Below are positions 43,201 to 54,958 of a stretch of 64,000 bases of DNA, piece by piece. Below the pieces are notes generated by a model that ran no database searches, was not told the origin of the DNA, and saw nothing but the letters and a program-made list of their open reading frames with translations. The position numbers and the translations under genes were made by a program. The stretch's first letter is position 1. Each line of letters opens with the position of its first letter. Location of the stretch: contig CM059432.1 of the NCBI GenBank assembly GCA_030390025.1, positions 110,052,001-110,116,000 of the forward strand, given 5' to 3'. This stretch comes from Squalus acanthias (taxonomy: Eukaryota).

Positions 43201-46200
43201 AGAGTAAGGTAGAGAGCACTAGAGTGAGGTAGAGCGAGGTAGAGTGACTAAGAGAGGGAGAGTGAGGGAGAGTGAGGGAGAGTGACAGAGTGAGGTAGAG
43301 TGAGGTAGAGTGAGGTAGAGTGAGGTAGAGTGAGGTAGAGTGTCGTAGAGCGAGGGAGAGCGAGGGAGAGCGAGGGAGAGTGTCGTAGAGCGAGGGAGAG
43401 CGAGGGAGAGCGAGGGAGAGCGAGGGAGAGCGAGGGAGAGCGAGGGAGAGCGAGGGAGAGCGAGGGAGAGCGAGGGAGAGCGAGGGAGAGTGGGGTAGAG
43501 GGAGGTAGTGTGATTGAGAGTGAGTTAACGTGAGGTAGAGTAACAGTGAGGTACAGTGAGGTGGACTGAGGTAGAGCGAGGTAGAGTGACTGAGAGTGAG
43601 GTAGAGTGACATTGAGTGACTGAGAATGAGGTAGAGGGAGGTAGAGTGATTGAGAGTGAGGTAGAGTAAGGTAGAGTGAGGTAGAGTGACTGAGAGTGAG
43701 GTAGACTGAGGTAGAGTGAGGTAGAGTGACTGAGAGTGAGGTAGAGTGAGGTAAAGTGACGCAGAGTGAGGTAGAGTGAAGTCAAGTGAGGTAGAGTGAC
43801 GTAGTGAGGTAGAGTGACATAGTGAGGCAGAGTGAGGCAGAGTGAGGCAGAGTGACGTAGCGTGAGTTAGACTGATTGTCACTCTATCTCATTGTACCAC
43901 ACACAGAGTGAGGTAGACTGACTGAGAGTGAGCGAGAGTGATATAGAGTGAGGTAGAATGATAGAGAGTGAGGTAGTGTGAGGTGGAGTGAGCGAGAGTG
44001 AGGTGGACTGAGGTGGACTGAGGTGGACTGAGGGAGAGTGAGGGAGAGTGAGGGAGAGTGAGGGAGAGTGGGGGAGAGTGGGGAGAGAGTGGGGGAGAGT
44101 GGGGGGGAGAGTGGGGGGAGAGTGGGGGGAGAGTGGGGGAGAGGGAGGGAGAGGGAGGGAGAGGAGGGAGGGAGGGAGAGGGAGGGAGAGGGAGGGAGAG
44201 GGAGGGGAGAGGGAGGGAGAGGGAGGGGGAGAGGGAGGGAGAGGGAGGGGGAGAGGGAGGGAGAGGGAGGGGGAGAGGGAGTGAGAGGGAGTGAGAGGGA
44301 GGGAGAGGGAGTGAGAGGGAGTGAGAGGGAGGGAGAGGGAGGGAGAGGGAGTGAGAGGGAGGGAGAGGGAGGGAGAGGGAGTGAGAGGGAGGGAGAGGGA
44401 GTGAGAGTGAGGGAGAGTGAGGGAGAGTGAGGGAGAGTGATGTAGATTGAATGAGGGAGGTCGAGGGAGGTGTAGAGGGAGGCAGAGGGAGGGTGAGGTA
44501 GAGGGAGGTAGAGTGAGGTAGAGTGACAGAGAGTGAGGTAGAGTGACAGAGAGTGACTGAGAATGACTGAGAATGAGGTCGAGTGAGGTCGAGTGACAAA
44601 AAGTGAGGTAGAGTGAGGTAGTGATTGAGAGTGAGGTAGAGGGAGGTAGAGGGAGGTAGAGGGAGGTAGAGGGAGGTAGGGGGAGGCAGGGGAGGCAGGG
44701 GGAGGCAGGGGGAGGCAGAGGGAGGCAGAGGGAGGCAGAGTGATGTATAGCGAGGGAGAGTGACAGAGAGTGACAGAGAGTGACAGAGTGAGGTAGAGCA
44801 TGGTAGAGTGACTGAGCATGAGGTAGAGTGAGGCAGAGTGACTGAGAGTGACTGAGAGTGACTGAGAGTGAGGCAGAGGGAGGCAGATGGAGGAAGTGTG
44901 GGGTCGAGTGAGGTCGAGAGAGGTCGAGAGAGGTAGAGAGAGGTAGAGAGAGGTAGAGTGAGGTAGAGATAGGTAGAGTGAGGTAGAGAGAGGTAGAGTG
45001 AGGTAGAGTGAGGTAGAGTGAGGTAGAGTGAGGTAGAGTGAGGTAGAGTGAGGTAGAGTGAGGTAGAGTGAGGTAGAGAGAGGTAGAGTGAGGTAGAGAG
45101 AGGTAGAGAGAGGTAGAGTGAGGTAGAGTGAGGTAGAGTGAGGTAGGGTGAGGTAGAGTGAGGTAGAGTGAGGTAGAGTGAGGTAGAGTGAGGTAGAGTG
45201 AGGTAGGGTGAGGTAGGGTGAGGTAGAGTGGGGTAGAGTGGGGTAGAGTGAGGTAGGGTGAGGTAGAGTGAGGTAGGGTGAGGTAGAGTGAGGTAGGGTG
45301 AGGTAGAGTGAGGTAGGGTGAGGTAGAGTGAGGTAGGGTGATTGAGAGTGAGGTAGAGTGATTGAGAGTGAGGTAGAGAGAGGTAGAGTGAGGTAGAGTG
45401 AGGTAGAGTGAGGTAGGGTGAGGTAGAGTGAGGTAGGGTGAGGTAGAGTGAGGTAGAGTGAGGCAGAGTGAGGTAGGGTGAGGTAGGGTGAGGTAGGGTG
45501 AGGTAGGGTGAGGTAGGGTGATTGAGAGTGAGGTAGAGTGAGTGAGAGTGATTGAGAGTGAGGTAGAGTGATTGAGAGTGAGGTAGAGTGAGGTAGAGTG
45601 AGGTAGAGCGATTGACAGTGAGGTAGATTGAGGTCGAGTGAGGTCGACTGAGCCCGAGGGAGGGAGAGTGAGGGAGAGGGAGGGAGAGTGAGGGACGGAG
45701 AGGGAGGAGAGAGGGAGAGGGAGGGAGAGAGAGGGAGGGAGAGGGAGGAGAGGGAGGGAGAGGGAGGGAGAGGGAGAGGGAGGGAGAGCGACTGAAAGTG
45801 ACTGAGCGTGAGGTCGAGTGAGATAGACAGAGGTAGTGTGAGGCAGAGTGAGGTAGAATGTGGTAGAGTGATGTAGAGTGACTGAGAATGAGGTCGAGTG
45901 AGGTAAAGTGACAAAAAGTGAGGTCGAGTGAGGTCGAGTGACAGAGTGTGACTGAGAGTGACAGAGTGACTGAGGGCGAGGTGGATTGACTGAGAGTGAA
46001 GTGGAGCGAGCTAGATAGAGAGAGAGCGAGGTAGAGCGAGGTAGACAGAGGTAGACAGAGGTCGAGTGAGGTCGAGTGAGGTATAGCGAGGGAGAGCGAC
46101 TGAAAGTGGTCGAGAGCGAGCGAGAGCGAGAGCGAGAGCGAGAGCGACCGAGTGCGAGTGAGAGCGAGCGAGAGGGAGAGTGAGGTAGACTGAGGGAGAG

Positions 46201-49200
46201 TGAGGGAGCGTGCGGTGGAGGGAGGCGGAGGGAGGCGGAGGGAGGCGGAGGGAGGCGGAGGGGGGCGGAGTGGGGCGGAGTGGGGCGGAGTGGGGCGGAG
46301 TGGGGCGGAGTGGGGCGGAGTGGGGCGGAGTGGGGCGGAGTGGGGCGGAGTGGGGCGGAGTGGGGCAGAGTGGGGCAGAGTGGGGCAGAGTGGGGCAGAG
46401 TGACTGAGAGTGACTGAGAGTGAGGTAGAGCATGGTAGAGTGACTGAGCGTGAGGTAGAGGGAGGTAGACTGAGGGAGACTGAGGGAGACTGAGGGAGAG
46501 TGATGTAGATTGAATGAGAGTGAGGTAGAGAGAGGTGGAGTGCGGTGGAGTGAGGTCGAGTGAGGTCGAGTGAGGTCGAGTGAGGTCGAGTGAGGTCGAG
46601 TGAGGTCGAGTGAGGTCGAGTGATGTACGGTAACTGAGAGTGAGGTAGAGTGACGTAGAGTGAGGTAGAGTGACTGAGAGTGAGGTAGAGTGTGGTAGAG
46701 TGATTGAGAGTGATGTCGAGTGAAATAGAGCGAGGTAGAGAGAGGTGGAGTGAGGTGGAGTGAGGTGGAGTGATTGAGAGTAAGGTAGAGTGATGTAGAA
46801 TGACTGAGATTGAGGTAGAGTGAGGTAGATTGAGAGAGAGGTAGAAGGAGGTCGAGTGAGGTCGAGTGAGGTCGAGTGAGGTAGTGTGACTGAGAGTGAG
46901 GTAGAGCATGGTAGAGTGACTGAGCATGAGGTAGAGTGACTGAGAATGAGGTCGAGTGAGGTAGCGTGAGGTAGAGTGATCGAGAGTGAGGTAGAGTGAC
47001 GTAGAATGACTGAGAGTGAGGTAGAGTGAGGTAGAGTGACTGAGAGTGAGGTAAAGGGATGTAGAGTGAGGTAGAGTGAGCTGGAGTGAGGGAGAGCGAG
47101 GTCGAGCGAGGCGGAGCGAAGTCGAGAGAGACCGAGAGAGGCCGAGTGAGGCAGAGTGACTGAGAGTGAGGTAGAGTGAGGTAGAGTGAGGTAGAGTGAC
47201 GTAAAGGGTAGTAGAGTGATTTAGTTGTGAGGTAGAGTGAGGGAGATGAGGTCGAGTGAGGTCGAGTGAGGTCGAGTGACTGAGAGTGAGGTAGAGTGGG
47301 AGGGAGGTCGAGGGAGGTCGAGGGACAGAGTGAGGTAGGGTGATTGAGAGTGAGGTAGAGTGATGTAGGGTGATTGAGAGGGAGGGAGAGGGAGCGAGAG
47401 GGAGGGAGAGGGAGGGAGAGGGAGCGAGAGGGAGCGAGAGGGAGGGAGAGGGAGGGAGAGGGAGGGAGAGGGAGCGAGAGGGAGCGAGAGGGAGCGAGAG
47501 GGAGCGAGAGGGAGGGAGAGGGAGCGAGAGGGAGGGAGAGGGAGCGAGAGGGAGCGAGAGGGAGGGAGAGGGAGGGAGAGGGAGGGAGAGGGAGGGAGAG
47601 GGAGGGAGAGGGAGGGAGAGGGAGGGAGAGGGAGGGAGAGGGAGGGAGAGGGAGGGAGAGGGAGGGAGAGTGAGGGAGAGTGAGGGAGAGTGAGGGAGAG
47701 GGAGGGAGAGTGACATAGTGTGACAGAGTGACATAGCGAGGTAGAGAGAGGGAGAGAGAGGGAGAGGGAGGGAGAGGGAGGGAGAGGGAGGGAGAGTGAC
47801 TGAGTGTGACTGAGTGTGAGGTAGAGTGGCCATAGAGTGAGGTAGAGTGATTGAGGGTGAGGTAGTGTGACGTAGATTGATGTAGAGCGTGGTAGAGTGA
47901 CTGAGCGTGAGGTAGAGTGACTGAGCGTGAGGTAGAGTGACTGAGCATGAGGTAGAGTGAGGTAGAGTGACATAGAGTGAGGTAGAGTGAGGGAGAGTGA
48001 CATAGAGTGAGGTAGTGTGATGGAGAGTGTCTGAGACTCAGAGTGTCTAAGAGTGTCTGAGAGTGAGGTAGAGCGAAGTAGAGTGATGTAGAGTGTGGTA
48101 GAATGATGTAAAGTGACTGAGAGTGAGGTAGAGTGACAGAGAGGGAGAGTGAGGGAGAGAGGGAGAGTGAGGTAGACTGAGCGAGTGAGGGCGAGTGAGG
48201 ACGAGTTACGTTGGGTGAGGTAGAGGTAGAGTGACTGAGAGTGAGGTATTGTGACGTAGAGTGAGGTATTGTGATGTAGAGTGAGGTAGAATGAGGCAGA
48301 GTGAGGTACAGTGAGGTAGTGAGACGTAGCGTGAGGTGGAGTGACTGAGAGTGAGGTAGAGTGACTGAGAGTGAGGTAGAGTGACTGAGAGTGAGGTAGA
48401 GTGACTGAGAGTGAGCTGGAGTAAGGTACAGTGATGTAGAGTAACTGAGTGAGGTAGAGCGTGGTAGAGTGATTGAGACTGAGGCAGAGTGATGTAGAGA
48501 GAGGTCGAGTGTCGTAGAGTGAGGTCGAGTGTCGTAGAGTGAGGGAGAGTGAGGGAGAGTGAGGGAGAGTGAGGGAGAGTGAGGGAGAGTGAGGGAGAGT
48601 GAGGGAGAGTGAGGGAGAGTGAGGGAGAGCGAGGGAGAGCGAGGGAGAGCGAGGGAGAGTGCGGTAGAGAGAGGTAGGGTGAGGTAGAGTGAGGTAGAGT
48701 GAGGTAGAGTGAAGTAGAGTGAAGTAGAGAGAGGTAGAGAGAAGTAGAGTGAGGTATAGTGACAGAGTGAGGTCGATTGAGGGAGAATGAGGGAGAGTGA
48801 GGGAGATTGAGGTAGCGTGAGGTAGAGGGAGGTAGAGTGATTGAGAGTGAGTTAATGTGAGGTAGAGTAACATAGTGAGGTAGAGTGAGGTGGACTGAGG
48901 TAGAGTGACTGAGACTGAGGTGGACTGAGGTAGAGTGACTGAGAGTGAGGTGGACTGAGGTAGAGTGAGGGAGAGTGAGGTACAGTGAGTGAGAGTGAGG
49001 TAGAGGGAGGTAGAGTGATTGAGAGTGAGGTAGAGTAAGGTGGAGTGAGGTAGAGTGACTGAGAGTGAGGTAGAGTGACTGAGAGTGAGGTAGGGCGTGG
49101 TAGAGTGACTGAGCATGAGGTAGAGTGAGGTAGAGTGATTGAGAGTGAGGTACTGTGACGTAGAGTAAGGTACAGTGAGGTAGAGTGACTGAGAGTGAGG

Positions 49201-50097
49201 TGGAGTGACCTAGTGAGGTAGAGTGAAGTAGAGTGAGCTAGATTGAGGTAGAGTGAGGCAGAGTAAGGTAGAGTGACGTAGAGTGAGGCAGACTGATTGA
49301 GTGTGGTAGAATGAGGTAGAGTGACTGAGAGTGAGGTAGAGTGAGGTAGAGTGATATAGTGAGGTAGAGTGATTGAGAGTGAGGTATTGTGACGTAGAGC
49401 GAAGTACAGTGAGGTAGAGTGACTGAGAATGAGGTAGAGTGACTGAGTGAGGTAGAGTGATGTAGATTGAATGAGAGTGAGGTAGAGTATGCTTGAGTGA
49501 CTGCGAGTGAGGTAGAGCGACTGCGAGTGAGGTAGTGACTGCGAGTGAGGTAGAGTGACTGCGAGTGAGGTAGTGTGACGTAGAGGGAGGTAGAGTGATT
49601 GAGAGTGAGGTACAGTGAGGTAGAGTGAGGTACAGAGACTGAGTGCGGTAGTGTGATGTAGAGTGAGGGAGAGTGAGGTAGAGTGACTGAGAGTGAGGTA
49701 GAGTATGCTTGAGTGACTGAGAGTGAGGTAGAGTGACTGAGCGTGAGGTAGAGTGACTGAGAGTGAGGTAGAGTGACTGAGCGTGAGGTAGAGTGACTGA
49801 GAGTGAGGTAGTGATGTAGATTGAATGAGAGGGGTAGTGAGGTAGAGTAACAGAGTGAGGTAGAGTGACTGAGAGTGATTGAGAGTAAGGTACAGTGAGG
49901 TAGAGTGACTGAGAGTGAGGTAGAGAGTGGTAGTGACTGAGCGTGAGGTAGAGTGACAGAGTGAGGTAGAATGAGGTCAAGTGACTGAGATTGAGGTAGA
50001 GTGACTGAGAGTGAGGTAGTGTGACGTAGAGGGAGGTAGAGTGATGTAGATTGAATGAGAGTGAGGTAGAGTGACTGAGAGTGAGGTAGAGTGACAT
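31280..50097. repeat. Degenerate 10-bp purine-rich tandem array (consensus TGAGGTAGAG; variants TGACTGAGAG, CGAGGGAGAG, GGAGGGAGAG, TGGGGCGGAG, TGCGGTCGAG) with kb-scale internal duplications
   Basis: A 10-nt period is visible throughout, with strong G/A bias on the + strand and locally homogeneous variant tracts. Confidence 0.97.
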
Positions 50098-50161
50098 ACA
50101 GTGCCCTCAGAGAAAGTTCACAGGCAGCCTACAAGATATCCACACTGTTACACCGGAAGCT

Positions 50162-50794
50162 TTGGCCTGGATATCTGACTTCGATATTGACTTTTGATTT
50201 GCTTTGCTACTACCATACGAAAGAAGATCCAAATCAGGAAAACTGATTAAAACTTTGGCTCTCCCGCAGTGTTTACGCTGTTAAATTCCCCACTAAAAGT
50301 TAGATCCAAAGGGATTTGGTGTAACTGGGTTTTAACAGCGTTATTACTGCTAAACAAATGTTAAGGGCCTGGAAAAGTAATTTTAATTTTGTGCAGTGTG
50401 AAATTTGTCCATTTTAATAAAAATTTATATTTTGAAGAAACTTTAAAAAAAATTACTTTTTGAAGTTTGTCCATATTTATCTCAGGTTTGCCATTTCCCA
50501 GTGTGAGAGCCCCATCTTTGTTTTGCGCTCTCACATTTTTAAAAAGTTTGAGTTTTAAGAGCTTCCTCACTTCATTGTTCGCTGTCTGAGAGAACTCTGC
50601 GTTTTGATTGGCTGCTTAGACAGCATGTTGACGTCACAGCAGTTCACACTAGGGGATCCCCACTACAGTCCATTGAATTGAATGTCGGAAAACCCAAAGT
50701 TCTCGACACTGGGATTGCACGATCCTTGTGCGGAGCGTACTTCGGAGCCAGCAGGGAACGCCTTCGCTTTGCTGCTGACCGCAAATTCCAGACC
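50162..50794. mobile_element. Putative non-autonomous DNA transposon (MITE-like)
   Basis: Imperfect terminal inverted repeats (left GGCCTGGATAT; right end reverse complement GGTCTGGAATTT), an AT-rich centre and a GC-richer end. Termini resemble those of the 59127-59868 element. Confidence 0.4.
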
Positions 50795-50868
50795 TGAAAC
50801 ATTAATTCTGTTTCTCTCTCCACAGATGCTGCCTGACCTGCTGAGTATTTCCAGCATTTTCTTTTTAT
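50791..50868 (+). repeat. Short fragment of an abundant shark interspersed repeat, probably Penelope-like terminal repeat sequence
   Basis: GACCTGAAACATTAATTCTGTTTCTCTCTCCACAGATGCTGCCTGACCTGCTGAGTATTTCCAGCATTTTCT, recognised from memory as a common chondrichthyan repeat; not database-verified. Confidence 0.5.
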
Positions 50869-52116
50869 AAACATAGGACATATGTATGCTCAGCAGTAAA
50901 ACAAATATATTTATCAATAATGTAAAAACACATGAAAGCATTGAAGTTAATTTATTAAATGAGATTTTCTGAACATTTGTACACATTTATTCATCTTTTA
51001 AACAGTTTTTAAATCACCATGTTGTACACAACTCTATGGTATGGCATGTTTTATTTTTTGGTCCAGTTCCTTTAGGGTGCTATTTTGTGAATTTACACTA
51101 ATATGGTCATTGAAGCCAACAGCAGCCACTTAGAGTATAACATTAGGAACTGTATTACATAAATGCATGTTTTGGTCGCCCAAATACGACTGGCAATAAT
51201 CATCGGGTATCACAATATGTAGATCAGGATGTTACCTTCAGAAGAGTATACCTGGCTCAAATATGTTTTGTGCATTTGGGTATGCTGTGGATGTTAAGAA
51301 AATGAATAATGCACATTATGTAAGTACCTGAAAACAGTCAAAGCCAAGATAACATTAAGCCTGAACTGAATTTAGAAATAGGTAACACAACAAAAAGTTG
51401 ACTGGATTGGCAGGGTGGGGGGGGGAGAAATGTTCTCAAGTAATGAATGCACTTTCATTGCACGGCTTGCCGTTACTATTTTCAAGTACAATTGATTTTG
51501 CACCAATACTGTTTAAAAAGACATATTTCTTGACTTATTGACGTCTTATCCATAATTATTACACAGGCATGTGGTAAACAAATATAATTTAATTAAATCA
51601 AATGTGGTTTGATGCAAATGCTTTCATTTACACACTGATCGAAGAATGGCAGTGTAAATCCAGGATCAGCCCCTGATTCAAAGGCAAGTGATGGGTGATC
51701 AGCTGCAGGTGGCTGTTTCACACTGCTGAGAGTTTGCACCAGGTGCAGTATAACTACAGTTTATGAATGGACTACAGAGACAGTCATTTCCCCTTGACCT
51801 TACCAGCAGTGTCCCGAGCTACAGAAAGCCTTAGAGTCAAGGTTAGCAGGCCTCGAAATGTTCAGCAGCACCACTGCAGAAATGTGTTTGCCTTCAACTG
51901 TAACGACTGGTTGGGTTGCACCTTACAGCTAGGTTAATGCAGCTAGGGCTTATATACAAAATGTTCAGAGCCACTGCTGCTTACACTATCCTTTGGAAGT
52001 TATTAGATTTACAAGCATTGAATGGCAATGATGGATATGAACATTTAAAATACCTCTCAAAAGGGGGAAAACCCCCTTACTTTTAAAGGCATGATCTATG
52101 GTATAATTGAGTTACT

Positions 52117-52535
52117 GTTATGTGGAGAGCCTAGAGAAGCTGGGATTGTTCTCCTTACAACAAAGGTGTTCAGGGGAGATTTAATAGAGGTATTCAAAAT
52201 CATGAGGGGTTTTGATAGAGTAAATAGGGAGAAACCATTTCTACTGGCAGGAAGGTCAATAACCAGAGGGCACAGATTTAAGATAACTGGCAAAAGAACC
52301 AGAGGAAAGATGAGAATTTTTTTTACACAGCGATTTGATGATGATCTGAAAGGGTAAGTAGAGGCAAGTTTAATAGTAACTTTCAAAAGGCAATTGGATA
52401 AATACTTGACGGGGGAAAAATTGCAGGGCTATGGGAAAAGAGCAGGGGAGTGGGACTAATTGGATAGCTCTTTCAGAGAGCCTGCACAGGCACAATGGGC
52501 CAAATGGCCTCCTTCTGTGCTGTATCATTCTATGA
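52117..52535 (+). mobile_element. CR1 LINE 3' fragment
   Basis: Degenerate ORF2 C-terminus (RGDLIEVFKIMRGFDRV...TRGHRFK) and CR1-type 3' end AATGGCCTCCTTCTGTGCTGTATCATTCTATGA. Confidence 0.9.
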
Positions 52536-52699
52536 AACCAAATGAATTCAGACCAGGGTATATGGTTCCAATAATTTATTCTACTATACATCACCATTAC
52601 ATTGCAGTATTGTGATAATTCTAGGATTATTTTAAATATTTTTTATAGGTAGCTGTAACTCCACAAAGACAATAATACTGCAGTGGAAGACTGAAGGGG

Positions 52700-54250
52700 A
52701 AGAAAAGCTGCTGTATTTATTTACAATTCACTTTCAAAATCTGTAAACATTCAGGCTACATCCTAACAAAGTTACAGAACATTAGGCAAAAACAGAGAAC
52801 TGATGCTCTGTATTTCTCACATTCAGCATAAATAAACATAGTACAGAAAATTAATATTCCCTTTTGAACTGTAGCAGCAAGCGCTCTCCCAACAGTCCAA
52901 AACCTTAAATTTGGAAATGTACTATACAAGAATTGCCTGCAACTAAAGCCAATAAAATTAACTGGCCTGTGTTCATTTCTATCATAATTCAAAGTGCTAT
53001 AAGCAACTCACCGTTCCACTTTTCTAAACTGAGGAACAGTACATTTTTTACTTTAATTTACAGGGTAATATACAATGCATCTGGAACAGCTGGATTTTCA
53101 GCACGAAGAAAGTCACTGTCACACCCAGAACAGGAATATTTTTGTAAAACACAATCAGGTTTCAGACTTGACTAAATACAGAGAAAACCTTTACATTCTG
53201 GAACGGTTTTGTTAATCTAAGACTGGCTTTATCCATTTTCTATGACGAGGACAGGAATGACCGTTATATGTTGCCTGCCAAGGTTATTTGAGGTCACATG
53301 ACAGTAATCTGCAAATTCCACAAGTCTACAGAATTATCCTACCATCTACAGTACCTACACTATTCTGCTGTAGGCTGGTGTTAGCTGCACTTACAATGTA
53401 CATCCACTGACAGACAGCACAACTATGGGTACTCAGTAAGTGCTTGGGAGTTTGGTGTGCTATGAAGCTAAACAGTAGGATAAATATAGGACCAATAAAT
53501 ACTGTGTATGCTTCATCACTTTTGCAGGAAGCTACATTGGCATAATAAAAAACCTGCAACATTCTGTTGACAGACATCTACCCAGCAATACACACAGCAA
53601 CACGAGGCTTCTTTCTCGACACATTTCTATTTCTTCCATTAGTTTTGCAACAAAACTGCATTAAGTCCTTTAAAAAACTGAATATGTGGTGCAATCCTAG
53701 CTGCTTGTGTCAGCAAACCCAAAATGCTGACAGTATCTGTCCCAAACCTGCAGCAGCAACATCAGAAACAGCATTACCCAGATATTTTCAGCTAACAGAT
53801 CGGAACTAAACTACATTTGATCCATTTCAGCAAGAACGCCAAATATCTTATCAGCTTGGTTTCTGATCCCATCATTTTAGTATAATTGCAACTGGTCAGG
53901 GTTCAGTTTGATGTCACTGGGCTCGTTATGGATTAGTTTTATATGGACAACAGGCTGGTGGTGTAACTTCTAATACATATATATTTGTCATTTGTAGCAG
54001 CAACACTTATCTTCGGTCACATTCAATAAGATTCAACACAAGTGCAACACAAGTATAGCAATTTTGCTCTAGTAATCTTTTAACAAAGTGGCTGGGTTGT
54101 TCTACTGAAGGCAGGAGCAAGCGAATACAAGGGAGAATTTGTCTTTTTCAATATGCCTAGATTCGACTTTGCTGCACTGATGCATGGTCAGGTTTGGGCC
54201 CTACATCCGAGAGACGTTGAATTTCTTCAGTGCTTATGTAAAGATTTTTT
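52700..54250 (-). other. OXR1: Probable 3'UTR of the OXR1-type gene
   Basis: AT-rich tract without recognisable transposons directly after the TGA, with several canonical miRNA seed matches. The distal boundary is inferred. Confidence 0.55.
52716..52721 (-). promoter_or_regulatory. Candidate polyadenylation signal (AATAAA) of the OXR1-type gene
   Basis: AATAAA on the minus strand ~1.5 kb after the stop codon, followed by a T/GT-rich stretch (TTATTGTCTTTGTGG). It lies near the end of a tract with no recognisable transposons. Confidence 0.45.
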
Positions 54251-54386
54251 TCACTCAAAAGCCCATATTTCAATGTCCTGTACATAGAAGTCTTCCTTTT
54301 TTGAAAGGATGCAATTGTCAAATGTTTTACACGAGTGGCTACGCCCATGGTACAGATCCCCATCCAACCACAATCCAATTTCGCCT
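54251..54386 (-). CDS. OXR1: Terminal coding exon of oxidation resistance protein 1 (TLDc domain C-terminus): (G)[44 protein letters not shown]
   Basis: Acceptor TGTGTTCTTTACAG; the phase matches the upstream exon (GG|A). The translation closely resembles the vertebrate OXR1 C-terminus as recalled ([22 protein letters not shown]...[15 protein letters not shown]). TGA at 54253-54251. Confidence 0.93.
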
Positions 54387-54496
54387 CTGTAAAGAACACA
54401 GACAATTAGTTGGAGGGGAAAAATCAGCAGAAATATATTAATACTAGTTCAATCAATTTAAGACTTATTTTGCACTGGAGAAGTTGCAAAGATTAT

Positions 54497-54958
54497 TTAC
54501 AAGGATGATAGCAGAACTGAGAAGTTATAATTATCAGGAAAGACTAAACAGGCTGGGGCTCTTTTATCTCGAAAACAGAAGGCTGAGGTGACTTGACAGA
54601 GGTTTTTAAAATTATGAAGGGGTTTGATAGGGTAGACACAGAAGATATTTCCACTTGTGGGGCAGTCCAAAACAAGGGGGTATAAATACAAGATAGTCAC
54701 TAATAAATCCAATAAGGAATTCAGGAGAGTAGTGAGAATGTGGAACCTGCTTCCACAAGGAGTAGTTGAGGCAAATAGCATAGGTACAATTAAGCGGAAG
54801 CTAGATAAGTACATGAGGGAGAAAGGAATAGAATTATATGCTGATAGGGTTAGATGAAGTAAGGAGGGAGGAGGCTTGTGTGGAGCATAAACATCGTCAC
54901 GAACCTGTTGGGCTGAATGGCCTGATTCTGTGCTGTAAAGACTGTTGTACTATGTAAT
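54497..54958 (+). mobile_element. CR1 LINE 3' fragment (intronic, antisense to the host gene)
   Basis: Degenerate ORF2 end (TRGYKYK...RVVRMWNLLPQGVVEANSIGTIKRKLDKYM) and 3' end GGGCTGAATGGCCTGATTCTGTGCTGTA. Confidence 0.9.

Noticed and set aside
31033..50097. Very long S/L/T/H/P-rich minus-strand ORFs (up to 1469 aa)
   Set aside because: The CT-rich 10-mer strand rarely forms stops, several frames are open at once, and there is no domain signal.
31280..50097. Telomeric repeat or let-7 precursor genes
   Set aside because: No (TTAGGG)n tract seen. The match to let-7 is limited to about 8-9 nt, with no precursor hairpin.
54157..54441. ORF-track ORFs overlapping the last OXR1 exon
   Set aside because: Wrong frame or strand; the spliced TLDc frame explains the sequence.
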